A stretch of DNA of 64,000 bases from Dehalococcoidia bacterium (GCA_965237635.1 CBDEFX010000002.1:402554-466553), one strand, 5' to 3'. Positions 28,320-40,101 are shown, numbered from the stretch's first letter. Numbers and translations: made by a program. The notes: generated by a model not told the origin, from the letters alone.

Positions 28320-29936
28320 ATGAGCGACGCGAACTCCAAGAGAGCTGTGGCCTACCTCAGGGTATCGTCTATCTCACAGGTGGACGGGCACTCTCTGAAC
28401 GCCCAGGAGCGGCTCTTCAATCAGTTGTGTGAGAGCCGAGGGTGGGCGGCCGTCAGGGTCTATCGGGAAGAGGGCCAGTCGGCCCACTCGGAGTCGGTGA
28501 AGAAGCGCCCTATCTTCCGCCAACTGATGGAGGACGCCAGGAGGGATCAATTCGATATCGTCGTAGTCCATACCCTTGACCGATGGTCTCGCAACCTCAG
28601 GGTCACCCTGGAGTCGCTGGCCAACCTGGGCATGCACAACGTCGCTCTCGTCTCCATCACCGAGAACATCGACTACTCGACCCCTGAGGGGATGTTGACG
28701 ACTCAACTTCTGGGGTCCTTCGCCCAGTTCTTCTCCAACATGCTTGGCACTCACGTAAGCAAGGGTCTGGATGAGAGGGCCAATGAGGGCAGACACACCG
28801 GCGGCATCCCGTTCGGATACGAATCCTGCTGGATGAGCCAGGACGGAGAGCGCAGGCGCAGATGCCCAAAAGAGCATTCCGGGGGCGTTCATCTTATTGC
28901 GTCCGAGGTTGCCGCGGTCCGGGAGATGTTCAAACGGTACTCAACGGGATCGACCACACTAAGCCAGCTCGCCGCGTGGCTGAACGCGAGCGGCTTACGG
29001 ACTCGCAACACCAAGCAGCTGGCAGGCGCTGATGGCAAGCTCTCGCCCGGTCCGAAGCTATTTACCACTGCCTCAGTGAGGGGCATCCTCCATAACGCTT
29101 TCTACTCGGGTCTTGTCAGGCACAGGAAGCAACTCCGACCGGGAGCCCACGAGCCAGTCGTCGGCCAGGAGCTCTTCGATCTGGTCCAGGACAAGATGCG
29201 GCACAACAGCGGCAGATCAACGACCCTGAGCCCTCACCCTCACCCTGAGCGTGACTATCTTCTGAAAGGGATCATCCGTTGCGCCTACTGCAAGATGCCG
29301 ATGTGGGCACAGACCTATAAAAGCGGAAGAAGGTACTACCGTGAGCACAGGGAGTCTCGCAGTAACACCCAATGCCCAGCTCACGGCGGCTCGATACCGT
29401 GCCGCCTGGCGGATGAGCAGGTCGGAAGGATCGTCGAGGCCATCGAGCTGGGACCTGCATGGCAAGAGCAGCTCCTCTCGATAATCAGCGCCAGGGACGA
29501 GGTCGAAGTAGTCCAAGCCAAGCGGCGAAAGGTCCAGGAGAGGCTTCGGAGACTCGCCAAGACCTATGTCGATGGAGTTTATGATGACCAGGAGTATAAG
29601 CGGCAGAAGCGGAACCTGGAGATGGAGCTCGAGTCCCTCGTTGTGCCAAAGGCTGCCGCAGCCGCAGAGGCGGGGAAGCTGATAGAGAGGCTGCCTGAGC
29701 TATGGGCTGGAGCCAACATGGAAGAGCGTCGGAAGCTGTTGGTGGCCATGCTGGACGCCGTTTACGTTGACACGAAAGACGCCCGTTCGGTCGTCGCCAT
29801 CAAGCCCAAAGCTCCGTTCAGGCCAGTCTTCCATCTGGCAACCACCCGTGCCGGCTCCGGCGTATCTCTTACGCCTGGTTCTGACCGGAAACAACAGGAA
29901 CGTACCGAGCGCGTGTTCGAGGCCGCCTTCTCATAG
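28320..29936 (+). CDS. Large serine recombinase (integrase) with Zn-ribbon domain, copy 1
   Basis: AYLRVSS, VVHTLDRWSRN, GGIPFGY, ILHNAFYSG, HEPVV, LLKGIIRCAYC, coiled coil. Confidence 0.93.
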   Translation: MSDANSKRAVAYLRVSSISQVDGHSLNAQERLFNQLCESRGWAAVRVYREEGQSAHSESVKKRPIFRQLMEDARRDQFDIVVVHTLDRWSRNLRVTLESLANLGMHNVALVSITENIDYSTPEGMLTTQLLGSFAQFFSNMLGTHVSKGLDERANEGRHTGGIPFGYESCWMSQDGERRRRCPKEHSGGVHLIASEVAAVREMFKRYSTGSTTLSQLAAWLNASGLRTRNTKQLAGADGKLSPGPKLFTTASVRGILHNAFYSGLVRHRKQLRPGAHEPVVGQELFDLVQDKMRHNSGRSTTLSPHPHPERDYLLKGIIRCAYCKMPMWAQTYKSGRRYYREHRESRSNTQCPAHGGSIPCRLADEQVGRIVEAIELGPAWQEQLLSIISARDEVEVVQAKRRKVQERLRRLAKTYVDGVYDDQEYKRQKRNLEMELESLVVPKAAAAAEAGKLIERLPELWAGANMEERRKLLVAMLDAVYVDTKDARSVVAIKPKAPFRPVFHLATTRAGSGVSLTPGSDRKQQERTERVFEAAFS

Positions 29937-30153
29937 CTGCGGCTCGGTCCTGTCCGTTCCACCCGCCATAGCGAAGCACCGCCCCAGCCTGCTGTTCCGC
30001 ACCTGCTATAGTACCTATGCTCCAAAAGGGGGTCGGCTTGCGTCGTAGCTACCACGAGGCGTAATGTCAGCCGTACCAAAAGGACTTGGTTTTGCTACAC
30101 TCGGCGCCGTCGACGTGAGTCGCTTACTAGAGGCTGACTGATCCCCGTGTTCG

Positions 30154-30183
30154 TGGTGGAGACGGGGGAGGGCCTAACTCCAC
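30154..30183 (-). other. attL-like site with a tmRNA-3'-end-like arm
   Basis: Minus strand GTGGAGTT-AGGCCCTCCCCCGTCTCCACCA; the same arm recurs at 39323, 42975 and 56143. Confidence 0.7.
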
Positions 30184-30630
30184 CACAGCCGTTCTCCACT
30201 GCATTGGACGCCAGATATGAGCCACCGTTGCCACCGTCTTCAGTGAGGCGTCGATCGTCTGGTGACCCCATCCAAACCCTCACTCTGACTGCTGCTGTCT
30301 AGCCTAAGATCGAGTCCGTTCCCGAGGTCGCCGGTTGGAATCCCGTAAGCTGCCATGGACTTCGATCTTGGCCTAACCGAACTGTTTCCGAGCCCGTATA
30401 TGCCGCGTGACTCCCTCAATGAGCTCCAAAGGGCCGTCGCTTGCGTCGTAGCCTCCACGACGCCTAGAATGGGGTGCACCAGAAGGACTACCTTTTGTGG
30501 GAGGGGGCTAAATCACCTCACCGCTAAATCCGGCCACCAGCCTATGACCCATAAGCCAATCTCAGTTCTGCTCGCCACTACCGTGCTGGCTCTGGTTGCC
30601 GCATGCGGCGGGGAACCGGAGCCAACTCCC

Positions 30631-30894
30631 GTGCCGCCTGCGTCCATCGTCGCGGAGGCCCCAACGGCCGCTGCTACTCCGATCCCTACGCGAGAGGCCC
30701 TTACGCCGACTCCCACAATGGCCGCCGCCACTCCCGCGCGAGCCTCAGCCCCAGCCCCAACTGTGCCGCCTGCGTCCATCGTCGCGGAGGCCCCAACGGC
30801 CGCTGCTACTCCGATCCCTACGCGAGAGGCCCTTACGCCGACTCCCACAATGGCCGCCGCCACTCCCGCGCGAGCCTCAGCCCCAGCCCCAACT
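30631..30894 (+). repeat. Exact 132-bp tandem duplication (44 aa Pro/Ala/Thr linker)
   Basis: Units start at 30631 and 30763; identical by eye. Confidence 0.9.
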
Positions 30895-31026
30895 GTCGCG
30901 CCTCTGGATGACGAAACCTCGAGTATCCTCGAAGCGGCCTCGGCGTTCATGAATGAAGTAGGCTCGGCTCACTTCGGCATGGAGGTACGATTGGAGGTTG
31001 AGCCGTTAGCGGTCTCGTTCGCTTAC

Positions 31027-32744
31027 CCCGAATCCACCGAAGGACACCGATGGACGGCGTGAGGAAAGCGGAAGGGGGGTGAGGGAGCTACAGGGGAAAT
31101 AGCCTGGGTTCCATTTGGGGTAGGGAGGTCGGCGGACGGTCTTCATCGCCGCACAGGGGCCCCTATGGCCGTCTGCGGGAGCTGCGATGCGCGGGAGGCG
31201 AGAGAATACGCAGCAGGGAACTCTCTCGGACCGGGCTGGCACGAGTCTGCGGGGATCTTCGGTTGTCCGGTGGGTGGGTCGGTCGCCGACAGTGCCGTCA
31301 GGCCGGGAGTGGAATGGCTCGCAGCCGGGCCAAGGCACGGCTGAACTTCTCAGCCCAAGGCCAGCGATCCGGAAGATGCAGGGTCAACCGGCGTGCCGAG
31401 CGGGTGAGCCGTCCGGCCAGGGAGAAGAACCGCCGCCGGAGGGTCTTGGTGGTGGCTATCCGCTCTCCCAGACCGATCCGCGCCGTCCAGCGGGCCAGGT
31501 TGTGGGCCATCGTCTGGACGGCCAGCCAGGCGCCGTTGGCGGCGAAGCGGCCCGAGGGGAGATGGTTCAGCCCGACGCCGTACTTGAGGTCGCGTATGGC
31601 ATTCTCGATCTCGGCGTGGCGGCGATGGTCAGCCTCCAGTTCGAGCAACTCCCCGTCCCGGTCGGTGATGAAGCCATGATAGCTGTATTTGGCGAAGAGG
31701 GCCAGTTGGGAACCGGGCGTCGGCTTTACCCGCCGGACGATGAGCCGTACCGGCGCGGCGTCCGCCTCGGCCTGGAAGGGGGTGCAGGTGGTCTCGGCCA
31801 CATCGGCGGCACCGTCCATCCAGTAAGGAATCGGCGTCCAGGCATCTTCGGGTATCGCCTCGATGAGATTGTGCAGGCTTTTGTGCTGGCGGATGGTGAT
31901 GGAGAAGCGGACATCCATCTTGCGGCAGACGGATACCACGCCATGAGTGTAGAACCCGCTGTCGGCCCGTAGCGTGAGTCGTCCGTCGGCCCCGGCGTAG
32001 CGCACCCGTCCCACCGTCTCCCGCAGGAAGTGGGCGGCGCCGCGGGCGGTGTTGGCCCGGCCCTCGCGCAGCCGGGACATCAGCACGTCTCCGGTGCCGG
32101 CGGCGATGGCCGGCAGCGGGTGGTAGCCCCGCTTGCCGGTATAGCCGTGGTGGCGGGCGCCCTCCTTGGCCAGTCCGTAGGTCTCGCAGATGGTGGAGTC
32201 GAGGTCAATGGTCAGGGGCCCGTCGCCGGGTCCCGCCCCGGCCTGCCAAGCCCGGGCCAGCAACTCGCGGCTCACCCGGTCGAGTTGACGGACGTGGCCC
32301 CACCGGAAGCTGCGCAGGAAGGTGCCCAGGGTGGATGGCGCCTTGACCGTGCCGCCCAGGGTGCAGGCCGTCCCCCCGGTGCGCAACACATCGGCGTCGT
32401 CAATGCAGTCGCCCCCAGCCAGCGCAGACGCCACCAGCGTCATCATCTTGTCGCTCGTGTTCGCCCGCCCCGGGGCATCGCCCAGGTCGAGGCGCTGCCG
32501 GACGAGTTCGGGCAGGCCAAGGTGCCGCGCCAGGGTGGCCGGAAGGAGCAGCCCGGCATTGGCCACCAAGCGGCGGTCGTCGAAGGTGATTTGGATCCGG
32601 TCGGGGTGGTTGCGTGGCAGCATCTACTGGTTGCTCCTTTTCCGGGGCCGTTTTTTTGCTACAAAACCATTATCCCAGAAGCACAGGAGCGCCTTCTTGC
32701 CGCCTCAGGACGCTAACCCGACGCCCTCCTTCGGTGGATTCGGG
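31027..32744 (-). mobile_element. IS1380-family element, copy 3
   Basis: Same IRs; TSD CTTAC at 31022-31026 and 32745-32749; near-identical to copy 2. Confidence 0.93.
31298..32623 (-). CDS. IS1380-family transposase
   Basis: 441 aa, near-identical to 22668-23993. Confidence 0.93.
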   Translation of the reverse strand: MLPRNHPDRIQITFDDRRLVANAGLLLPATLARHLGLPELVRQRLDLGDAPGRANTSDKMMTLVASALAGGDCIDDADVLRTGGTACTLGGTVKAPSTLGTFLRSFRWGHVRQLDRVSRELLARAWQAGAGPGDGPLTIDLDSTICETYGLAKEGARHHGYTGKRGYHPLPAIAAGTGDVLMSRLREGRANTARGAAHFLRETVGRVRYAGADGRLTLRADSGFYTHGVVSVCRKMDVRFSITIRQHKSLHNLIEAIPEDAWTPIPYWMDGAADVAETTCTPFQAEADAAPVRLIVRRVKPTPGSQLALFAKYSYHGFITDRDGELLELEADHRRHAEIENAIRDLKYGVGLNHLPSGRFAANGAWLAVQTMAHNLARWTARIGLGERIATTKTLRRRFFSLAGRLTRSARRLTLHLPDRWPWAEKFSRALARLRAIPLPA

Positions 32745-33423
32745 CTTACGTGGGGGAGTTTCAGACGCCTGACCGCGCGCAAGGCACTATAAACGGGTTC
32801 CTCGTTCAAGAATCGGAGGTCATTGCGATTGGCGAGGAAATGTATACGCAGGTACGCGGCGGTTGGATAGAAATAGCTGTCCGTCTTCCCTTCTTCCTGG
32901 ATCCGGTCAAGACAATCAATGCTGCCTTATCCGGCGGGGGCAACCTTAGACTCGTTGGAGACGGTATTGTGGATGGCACCCCCATGGATCATATGAAAGC
33001 TTCCTACGAACCAGGCGTCCTTAGCCCGAACAGCGGCGAGGTTGCCTTGGAAGTATGGATAAGCAAGCAAGACTCTCAATTGAAGCAGATCGCCGTCGAG
33101 GAAACGGCAGACTTGGGCCCGGAGGGGCACCCGATTGTCGGCAAGCTGGCCACAGGCGCGGTCCGAGCGCACGCGACGATGAAGCTGTCTGACTCCGCCG
33201 AGCTCGTGTCGATCGAATCGCCTGTGCCCCCTGCGAAACCCGGAAATATGAGGCAGAGTCACGGAGGCCTCTTTACGGCCACCATGCTTGGGGACGGGAG
33301 GGTGCTCGTTGCCGGAGGAGAAAACGAGAGCGTGGGACCGATGGCAATACAGTCAGCAGAGATCTACAACCCCTCATCAGGCGTGTGGTCCTCGGCCGGT
33401 AACATGTAAGGTGGACCCCATTA

Positions 33424-34359
33424 TTAAGACAGCACGAGGGCTAAATTAAGAGAGTCTCCCACCCCTGCGCTAGGTTTCACCAAGCCCGATGGCAGCCCTG
33501 CTTCTTCAGCTGCTGCTCCCCTTTCTTCCTGGCCATGTTGGTACACCTCTGCTGGGGTCCGGTAGCCCAAAGCCTGGTGAGGCCTCTGCCGGTTGTAGAA
33601 CTCCAGGTAGGCATTGATCCCAGTTCGGGCCTCGGCGACGGTCTGGTAAGCTTTCAGATACACCTCCTCGTACTTGATGCTCCGCCACAGCCGCTCCACG
33701 AAGATGTTGTCCAGGTACCTACCCTTACCATCCATGCTGACCTGGACCCTCTGCTCCTGCAACGTCTGGGTAAAGGCCTCACTGGTGAACTGACTCCCCT
33801 GGTCGGTGTTGAATATCTCCGGTCGTCCCTTACCCAGGGCTTCCTCCAACGCCGCCACGCAGAAGCTGGTGTCCATGGTGTTGGAGAGCTTCCAGGCCAG
33901 CACGTGCCGGCTGTGCCAGTCCATGATGGCCACCAGGTACAGGAAGCCCTTCGGCATGGGGATGTAGGTGATGTCCGCGGCCCAGACCTGGTCGACCCGA
34001 TTAACCTCCACTCCCTTCAGCAGATAGGGAAAGATCCGGTGTCCCGGCGCTGGTTTGCTGGTGTTGGGACGCCGGTAGATGGCTTCCAGACCCATCAACC
34101 GCATCAGCCTTCGAACCCTTTTTCGGCTCACCAGATAGCCCTGTTGCAGCAGCCAGGCCTTCATCTTCCTGGAGCCGTAGAAGGGGGTCTTCAAATACTG
34201 ACGGTCCATCAGGGCCATCAACTCCAGGTCTTCTGCCCTGGTCGGTACCGACCGGTAGTACACCGAGGCCCGGCTGACGTCCAGCAGGATACATTGACGC
34301 ACCAAAGACAGCTGCTGGTGGTCTCGGTCTATCATGGCTCGCCGTATGCTGCGACTCAT
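33424..34359 (-). CDS. IS3-family transposase OrfB
   Basis: Same translation as 9644-10579. Confidence 0.95.
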   Translation of the reverse strand: MSRSIRRAMIDRDHQQLSLVRQCILLDVSRASVYYRSVPTRAEDLELMALMDRQYLKTPFYGSRKMKAWLLQQGYLVSRKRVRRLMRLMGLEAIYRRPNTSKPAPGHRIFPYLLKGVEVNRVDQVWAADITYIPMPKGFLYLVAIMDWHSRHVLAWKLSNTMDTSFCVAALEEALGKGRPEIFNTDQGSQFTSEAFTQTLQEQRVQVSMDGKGRYLDNIFVERLWRSIKYEEVYLKAYQTVAEARTGINAYLEFYNRQRPHQALGYRTPAEVYQHGQEERGAAAEEAGLPSGLVKPSAGVGDSLNLALVLS

Positions 34360-34655
34360 AGACCGGACCTTTCCGACAAAAAATCGCGTTCCACCTTCAG
34401 CTGGCCGATGTGCCGGTAGAGGTGGTTAATCTGAGCTTCCTTGGCTTTCTCCTGGGATTTCTGATTGGTGGCAAATAGCTCCGGGGCTCCTTCCGCCAGG
34501 GCCCTTTTCCAGGCGTGAATCTGACTGGGATGGACCTCAAATCGGCTGGCCAGCTGGGCGATGGTCTCTTCCCCCGCAAGGGCGGCCAAGGCCACCTTGG
34601 CCTTGAACGCCGGACTGTGCTTATTCCTCGTCTGCTTCATGTCCTGCTCCTCCAC
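34356..34655 (-). CDS. IS3-family OrfA
   Basis: Same translation as 10576-10875. Confidence 0.9.
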   Translation of the reverse strand: MEEQDMKQTRNKHSPAFKAKVALAALAGEETIAQLASRFEVHPSQIHAWKRALAEGAPELFATNQKSQEKAKEAQINHLYRHIGQLKVERDFLSERSGL

Positions 34656-35605
34656 GTCGGTTAGTTGCCGGTTATTTTAGGAGCTGGACTCTCTCTTAGC
34701 CAGTTGTCTAGTTTTTGGGTACCACCTCACCAGGACGGCAGGGTGCTGGTCGCCGGCGGCGTTAGCGATGACGCCGCTGAACGGGAGTCCTTCGGTTCAT
34801 CAGAGTTATACGATCCGACCACAGGCGTCTGGACGCCGACGGGCAGCATGGCGAAACCGCAGTTCGGACACGTAGCTGTGCTGCTGCCAGATGGGAGAGT
34901 GCTGGCCGCTGGCGGCTGGATACTCCGGCCCGGCGCCGATGTGGCGAGTACCGTTGGCTCCGCAGAGCTCTACGATCCGTCCGTAGGTACCTGGTCCTTG
35001 GTAGGGAGCATGGCGCAGCGCCGGGCGCTTCCTGCCACGGCGCTGCTGGCGGACGGAAAGGTGTTGGTAACGGGCGGGACACTATTCCCTGAGAAAGGGG
35101 CCGTTGCGACGGCGGAGATCTATGACCCGGCGACTAGAGAATGGTCCGAGACGGTCAGCATGAGCACCGGACGCGGGGACACTCCAGCAACGCTTCTTCA
35201 AGACGGCAGGGTTCTCGTTGCCGGTGGCGCCGACGATGACAACCGGCCACTCGCCTCTGCGGAGATCTACGATCCTATCTCCGGCACCTGGTCGCCCGCG
35301 GCCGGCATGAATGAGCCACGCTTCGGACACTGGGCTATTGTGCTCGCAGACGGCACGGTGCTAGTTTCCAGTTCCTGGAATGCGCATCAGCCTGACCGCG
35401 CCGCGGAGATATACGACCCTACCAGCGACAGCTGGGCACCAACCAGCGAGATGGTCCAGGTCCGATTGGTCAGCGAGGGAATGCTGCTACGGGACGGTCG
35501 AGTGATGGCCGTAGGCGGTGCTGATGAAGAGGGGCATGGTCTCACGTCTGCGGAATTCTACGATCCGTCGTCCGATATCTGGACACCATCCACGGAGGCC
35601 GCCCG

Positions 35606-36580
35606 CTAAGAGCTTTCTTTGCTGTGAATGAGTTCGCCGCGACCCACACCTCGTCGCAACCTTCCGTACTCCGAACTGATCTCGGCCCCTAGTATCAAGA
35701 TCAGGCTGCCAACGTAGGCCCACAGGAGCATCGCTATGACCGGCGCTAGCGAGCCGTACACGTTCTCGAAGTTAGCGAATCTGTTCACGTAGATGATGAA
35801 CACGTTCTTCGTCACTTCGAATAGCACAGCCGCCACAATGGCACCTGGCCAGATATAGCGCCAGTAGGTCTTGGTGTTAGGCATGAATTTGTAGATCAAT
35901 AGGAAGAGCATTGTTATGAGGGCCAGCGACGTACCTTGGAGCAGCGAACGGCCCACGGTGTCGGACAAGAAGCCCAAGCTCGTCGCATCGGATTCGGCCA
36001 GACGGGACGCCGTTCGAGCTACCGTGGCCGCCCCCATCGACAGGAAAAACAGCGCGCTAACACCTACAGCCATGAGAAGCTGCATCGGCTTGCGGACGTA
36101 GTAGGGCCGGTCCTTGTGGACATCCCAAGCTCGGTTTACGGCCTTGTTAACGGCCCCGAACATCGCGCTGCCCGACCACAAGAGCCCCAACACTGCGAAC
36201 AGACCTATGGCGCCGCGCAGGCCATAGACGGCCTCGATGTTACTCACGACGATCTCCTCCGACCCTGGTAGGTACCGGATCACAAAGTCGGTCAGTTGCT
36301 CGTGGGCCGCATCGGTCTCGAAGAAGAAGCTCAGCAGCGCCGCTAACCCCAGAAGCAGGGGAAACAAGGAGAATAGGACGTAGAACGCGACACCTGCCGC
36401 CATGTGGGTGGCATCGTCGGCACCCATCTCCCGGACGGTTCTGATGACAAGTTGAGCGACGAAGCTCCGTTCTGCCCACGGCCGCACCGGGCGGGTCAAC
36501 CGTTCGACGGATGCGGCTAGCAGGACAAAAGCGGGGTTCCCTGTGGGCTTCTTGAACACTTCGGCATCCTCTTGATCCAC
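35606..36580 (-). CDS. YihY/virulence factor BrkB family membrane protein
   Basis: AAGVAFYVLFSLFPLLL, LWSGS...NRAW, LIYKFMPN, YGSLAPVIAMLLWAY. Confidence 0.9.
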   Translation of the reverse strand: MDQEDAEVFKKPTGNPAFVLLAASVERLTRPVRPWAERSFVAQLVIRTVREMGADDATHMAAGVAFYVLFSLFPLLLGLAALLSFFFETDAAHEQLTDFVIRYLPGSEEIVVSNIEAVYGLRGAIGLFAVLGLLWSGSAMFGAVNKAVNRAWDVHKDRPYYVRKPMQLLMAVGVSALFFLSMGAATVARTASRLAESDATSLGFLSDTVGRSLLQGTSLALITMLFLLIYKFMPNTKTYWRYIWPGAIVAAVLFEVTKNVFIIYVNRFANFENVYGSLAPVIAMLLWAYVGSLILILGAEISSEYGRLRRGVGRGELIHSKESS

Positions 36581-36814
36581 TCTATGGTGTTCGCATCGGG
36601 TTACATCTGAGCGATGGCCGCCTTGCTGACTAGCGCAGATCAGGCTGCCACGACCGGAGTAATTGTAGACGGTCAGTTAGGCATACTCACGTGGGTTGTA
36701 CTTGGCTTCTTCGGAGGAGGTTATGCCTGCCTCGCTCAAGCCGTCGGCGCTCACCCCAAGTACTACTGCCCCAGCTTCGGTGATATCATCCATTACCGCA
36801 TCGACTCGGACACC

Positions 36815-38220
<1,406 letters not shown>

Positions 38221-38340
38221 GTTTGCCCTCCTTCTGTGTCGCGTATCAGCCAGCAACTCTCACTTCGGTTTATACGCCACGTAGACCACCGGCATCAGTT
38301 TACCCCACACCTCAGCAGCATAGAAGAGGCTCCTCTCATC

Positions 38341-38931
38341 TTAATCTGTGGCGATGTTCCCGAGTCCCGACAGGTGGACCTCCTGGTCCCAAATGAGTCG
38401 GTCGCCTGCCACAATCCGCAACACATCAGGGTTCTTTAGGTCGTCCGCTTGCGCTCTCCCAACGGACTGATCGATGTAGTTAAGGAACAATCCAGTAACG
38501 TTCCCATGTGTGGTGATGCCGATCGTTTTTTGCGGGTACACAGCAAGTATCTGTTTGACTGCCGCCACGAACCGTTCTTGCGCGTCAAGTGAACTTTCGC
38601 ATCCGGGCAGCGCGAAATTGAAGTCGTCCCACGATTGGCGCCATATCTCGTTGAAGTTATCGCCGAAGTTATCGTCGAACTCCTTGACCACCGTTCGCTC
38701 GCGGAGGTCATCCCCGACCTCAACTTCAAGGCCAACTCTATTGGCGAAGGGCTGAATCGTCTGCAAACATCGCGAATATGGGCTTGAGAACAACACCTCG
38801 ATTCCAAGGGGCACAAGCAGGTCGGATAGGTTTTCTGCCTGGTCTAATCCAACCGGACTAAGCGGCCACTCCGAGTCTGGCAGCTTTGCAGACGGTTGGC
38901 TCTGCGCATATCGAATCAGGTAGATATTCAT
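38341..38931 (-). CDS. Histidine phosphatase family protein (RHG motif reads RYA)
   Basis: IYLIRYAQS, PLSPVG..QA, LFSSPYSRCLQT, DLRER, GES, ITTHG. Confidence 0.8.
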   Translation of the reverse strand: MNIYLIRYAQSQPSAKLPDSEWPLSPVGLDQAENLSDLLVPLGIEVLFSSPYSRCLQTIQPFANRVGLEVEVGDDLRERTVVKEFDDNFGDNFNEIWRQSWDDFNFALPGCESSLDAQERFVAAVKQILAVYPQKTIGITTHGNVTGLFLNYIDQSVGRAQADDLKNPDVLRIVAGDRLIWDQEVHLSGLGNIATD

Positions 38932-39034
38932 TTCTACAATGCACCTGCTGTCCGGTAGACGTCAGACACCGTTCCTGCGGGCTCCTCTACGATATCGATC
39001 GGCATCGCATCACTGTTGCTTGGGTACAACCAAC

Positions 39035-39229
39035 TCAATGCTTGTGGATAAGAAGACGCTCAACGAGCCAGCCGGTCATAGTGTTAAGGTATCCTTCGGC
39101 ATATTTGTCACCCACCTTCACTATATGGTTGGCTCCAGCGAACAGCTTGATGGTGTAGTCCCTGTTCCCTCCTTTGTTCAGGGCCTCCTCAAAGGCTGGG
39201 GCAGATTCCACGGAGGAACTGGCAAACAA
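39035..39229 (-). pseudogene. C-terminal fragment, possibly of an alpha/beta hydrolase
   Basis: ALNKGGNRDYTIKLFAGANH resembles the catalytic-His region; no N-terminus. Confidence 0.45.
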
Positions 39230-39257
39230 AGGGGGTCGCTTTGATCCACCCCCTTTT
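39228..39257 (+). terminator. Candidate intrinsic terminator
   Basis: AAAGGGGG...CCCCCTTTT stem-loop. Confidence 0.3.
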
Positions 39258-39308
39258 CGTATCTAGTTGGGTCCCTTCCGCCGCACCCAAACAACTGGTC
39301 ACTTGTTT

Positions 39309-39353
39309 GTCAGACGGGGAGTTAGGCCCTCCCTCTTCTCCACCACGAACACG
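39309..39353 (+). other. attP-like junction, degenerate right arm
   Basis: GTCAGACGGGGAGTT-AGGCCCTCCCTCTTCTCCACCACGAACACG. Confidence 0.65.
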
Positions 39354-39506
39354 AATAAGGAATCGCCCCAGGCATAACTCAATGGGCGGGGCCTGTTGTC
39401 ATCGGTTCGGAGTGTGCTCAGGGCAAGGCAGAATCATGCCCAAAACCACGCCGTTCTGATGGCGCCAGCCGCCTGAGCCGCGACGGCAGTTTCAGACTCT
39501 GACCTT

Positions 39507-39743
39507 TCAGTGGGTTCGCACGGTCTCCTGGTGATGCCTACGCCTGCCGAAGAAGCCGCCTAGCAACAGACCCCCAAGCACCAAGGTGATCCCGATGATC
39601 CCTAACGTAAGTTCTATTTCTCCAGAAACAGGAATAGTAGAGGCGACTACGAGCAACCCAGGTATCGCCCCGAGGGCTGCTCCTACGAGCATCGTTCTTA
39701 TCGCTGCCCGCTGGAGTTGCTGTTTTTCTTGAGAGTTACTCAC
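39507..39743 (-). CDS. Small hypothetical membrane protein
   Basis: Two hydrophobic segments and a basic tail; GTG start assumed. Confidence 0.55.
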   Translation of the reverse strand: MSNSQEKQQLQRAAIRTMLVGAALGAIPGLLVVASTIPVSGEIELTLGIIGITLVLGGLLLGGFFGRRRHHQETVRTH

Positions 39744-39920
39744 CGTTAACCGACCACCAACGCCCAAACGTTGAGCGTCATCTCCGGCTCCAGAGGGAGT
39801 CTTTCTGGTGCGCCCGATTCTACGCCCTACGGTAGCTACGCGGCAAGGCATACCCTTTTTGGAGCAGTCTAAGGCTCCCCTACAGGTAAGCCGGCCGACG
39901 ATCCAGAAGCTCACGTCTAC

Positions 39921-40101
39921 CAAACAACTGACCGTTTCTTTGGTAGTCTCGACATCAGATTTGGTTTAGCTATAGCCTACCCCCTTTTTCGGCCGACACG
40001 CTGCGTGCCCTTGAAGCTGCCAATGAGTTGATAGATACTCCGACCCAGGGAAAGCGATTCATCTGCTCCGGGGTCTAGCTCAATGTCCTCATGTCCCGCA
40101 T
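39921..40101 (-). repeat. 181-bp att-arm repeat, inverted copy of 42780-42960
   Basis: The reverse complement aligns end to end with few substitutions. Confidence 0.9.

Larger units (their letters stand above)
33407..34729 (-). mobile_element. IS3-family element copy 2 (1323 bp)
   Basis: Same IRs and ORFs as copy 1; no TSD visible. Confidence 0.93.
30544..35609 (+). pseudogene. Lipoprotein (Pro/Ala/Thr linker + LppX/LprAFG-like domain + Kelch repeats) split by IS1380 and IS3
   Basis: Lipobox VAAC. The frame reconnects across IS1380 (SFAY|VGEFQTPDR). GRVLVAGG...AEIYDP..W Kelch repeats lie on both sides of IS3. Confidence 0.85.

Noticed and set aside
24942-30183. Prophage
   Set aside because: Mom, ParB and integrase genes are phage-like, but no terminase, capsid, tail or lysis genes are present.
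22547-32744. Composite transposon formed by inverted IS1380 copies 2 and 3 around the integration module
   Set aside because: Each copy has its own matching TSD (CTTAA, CTTAC), indicating independent insertions.
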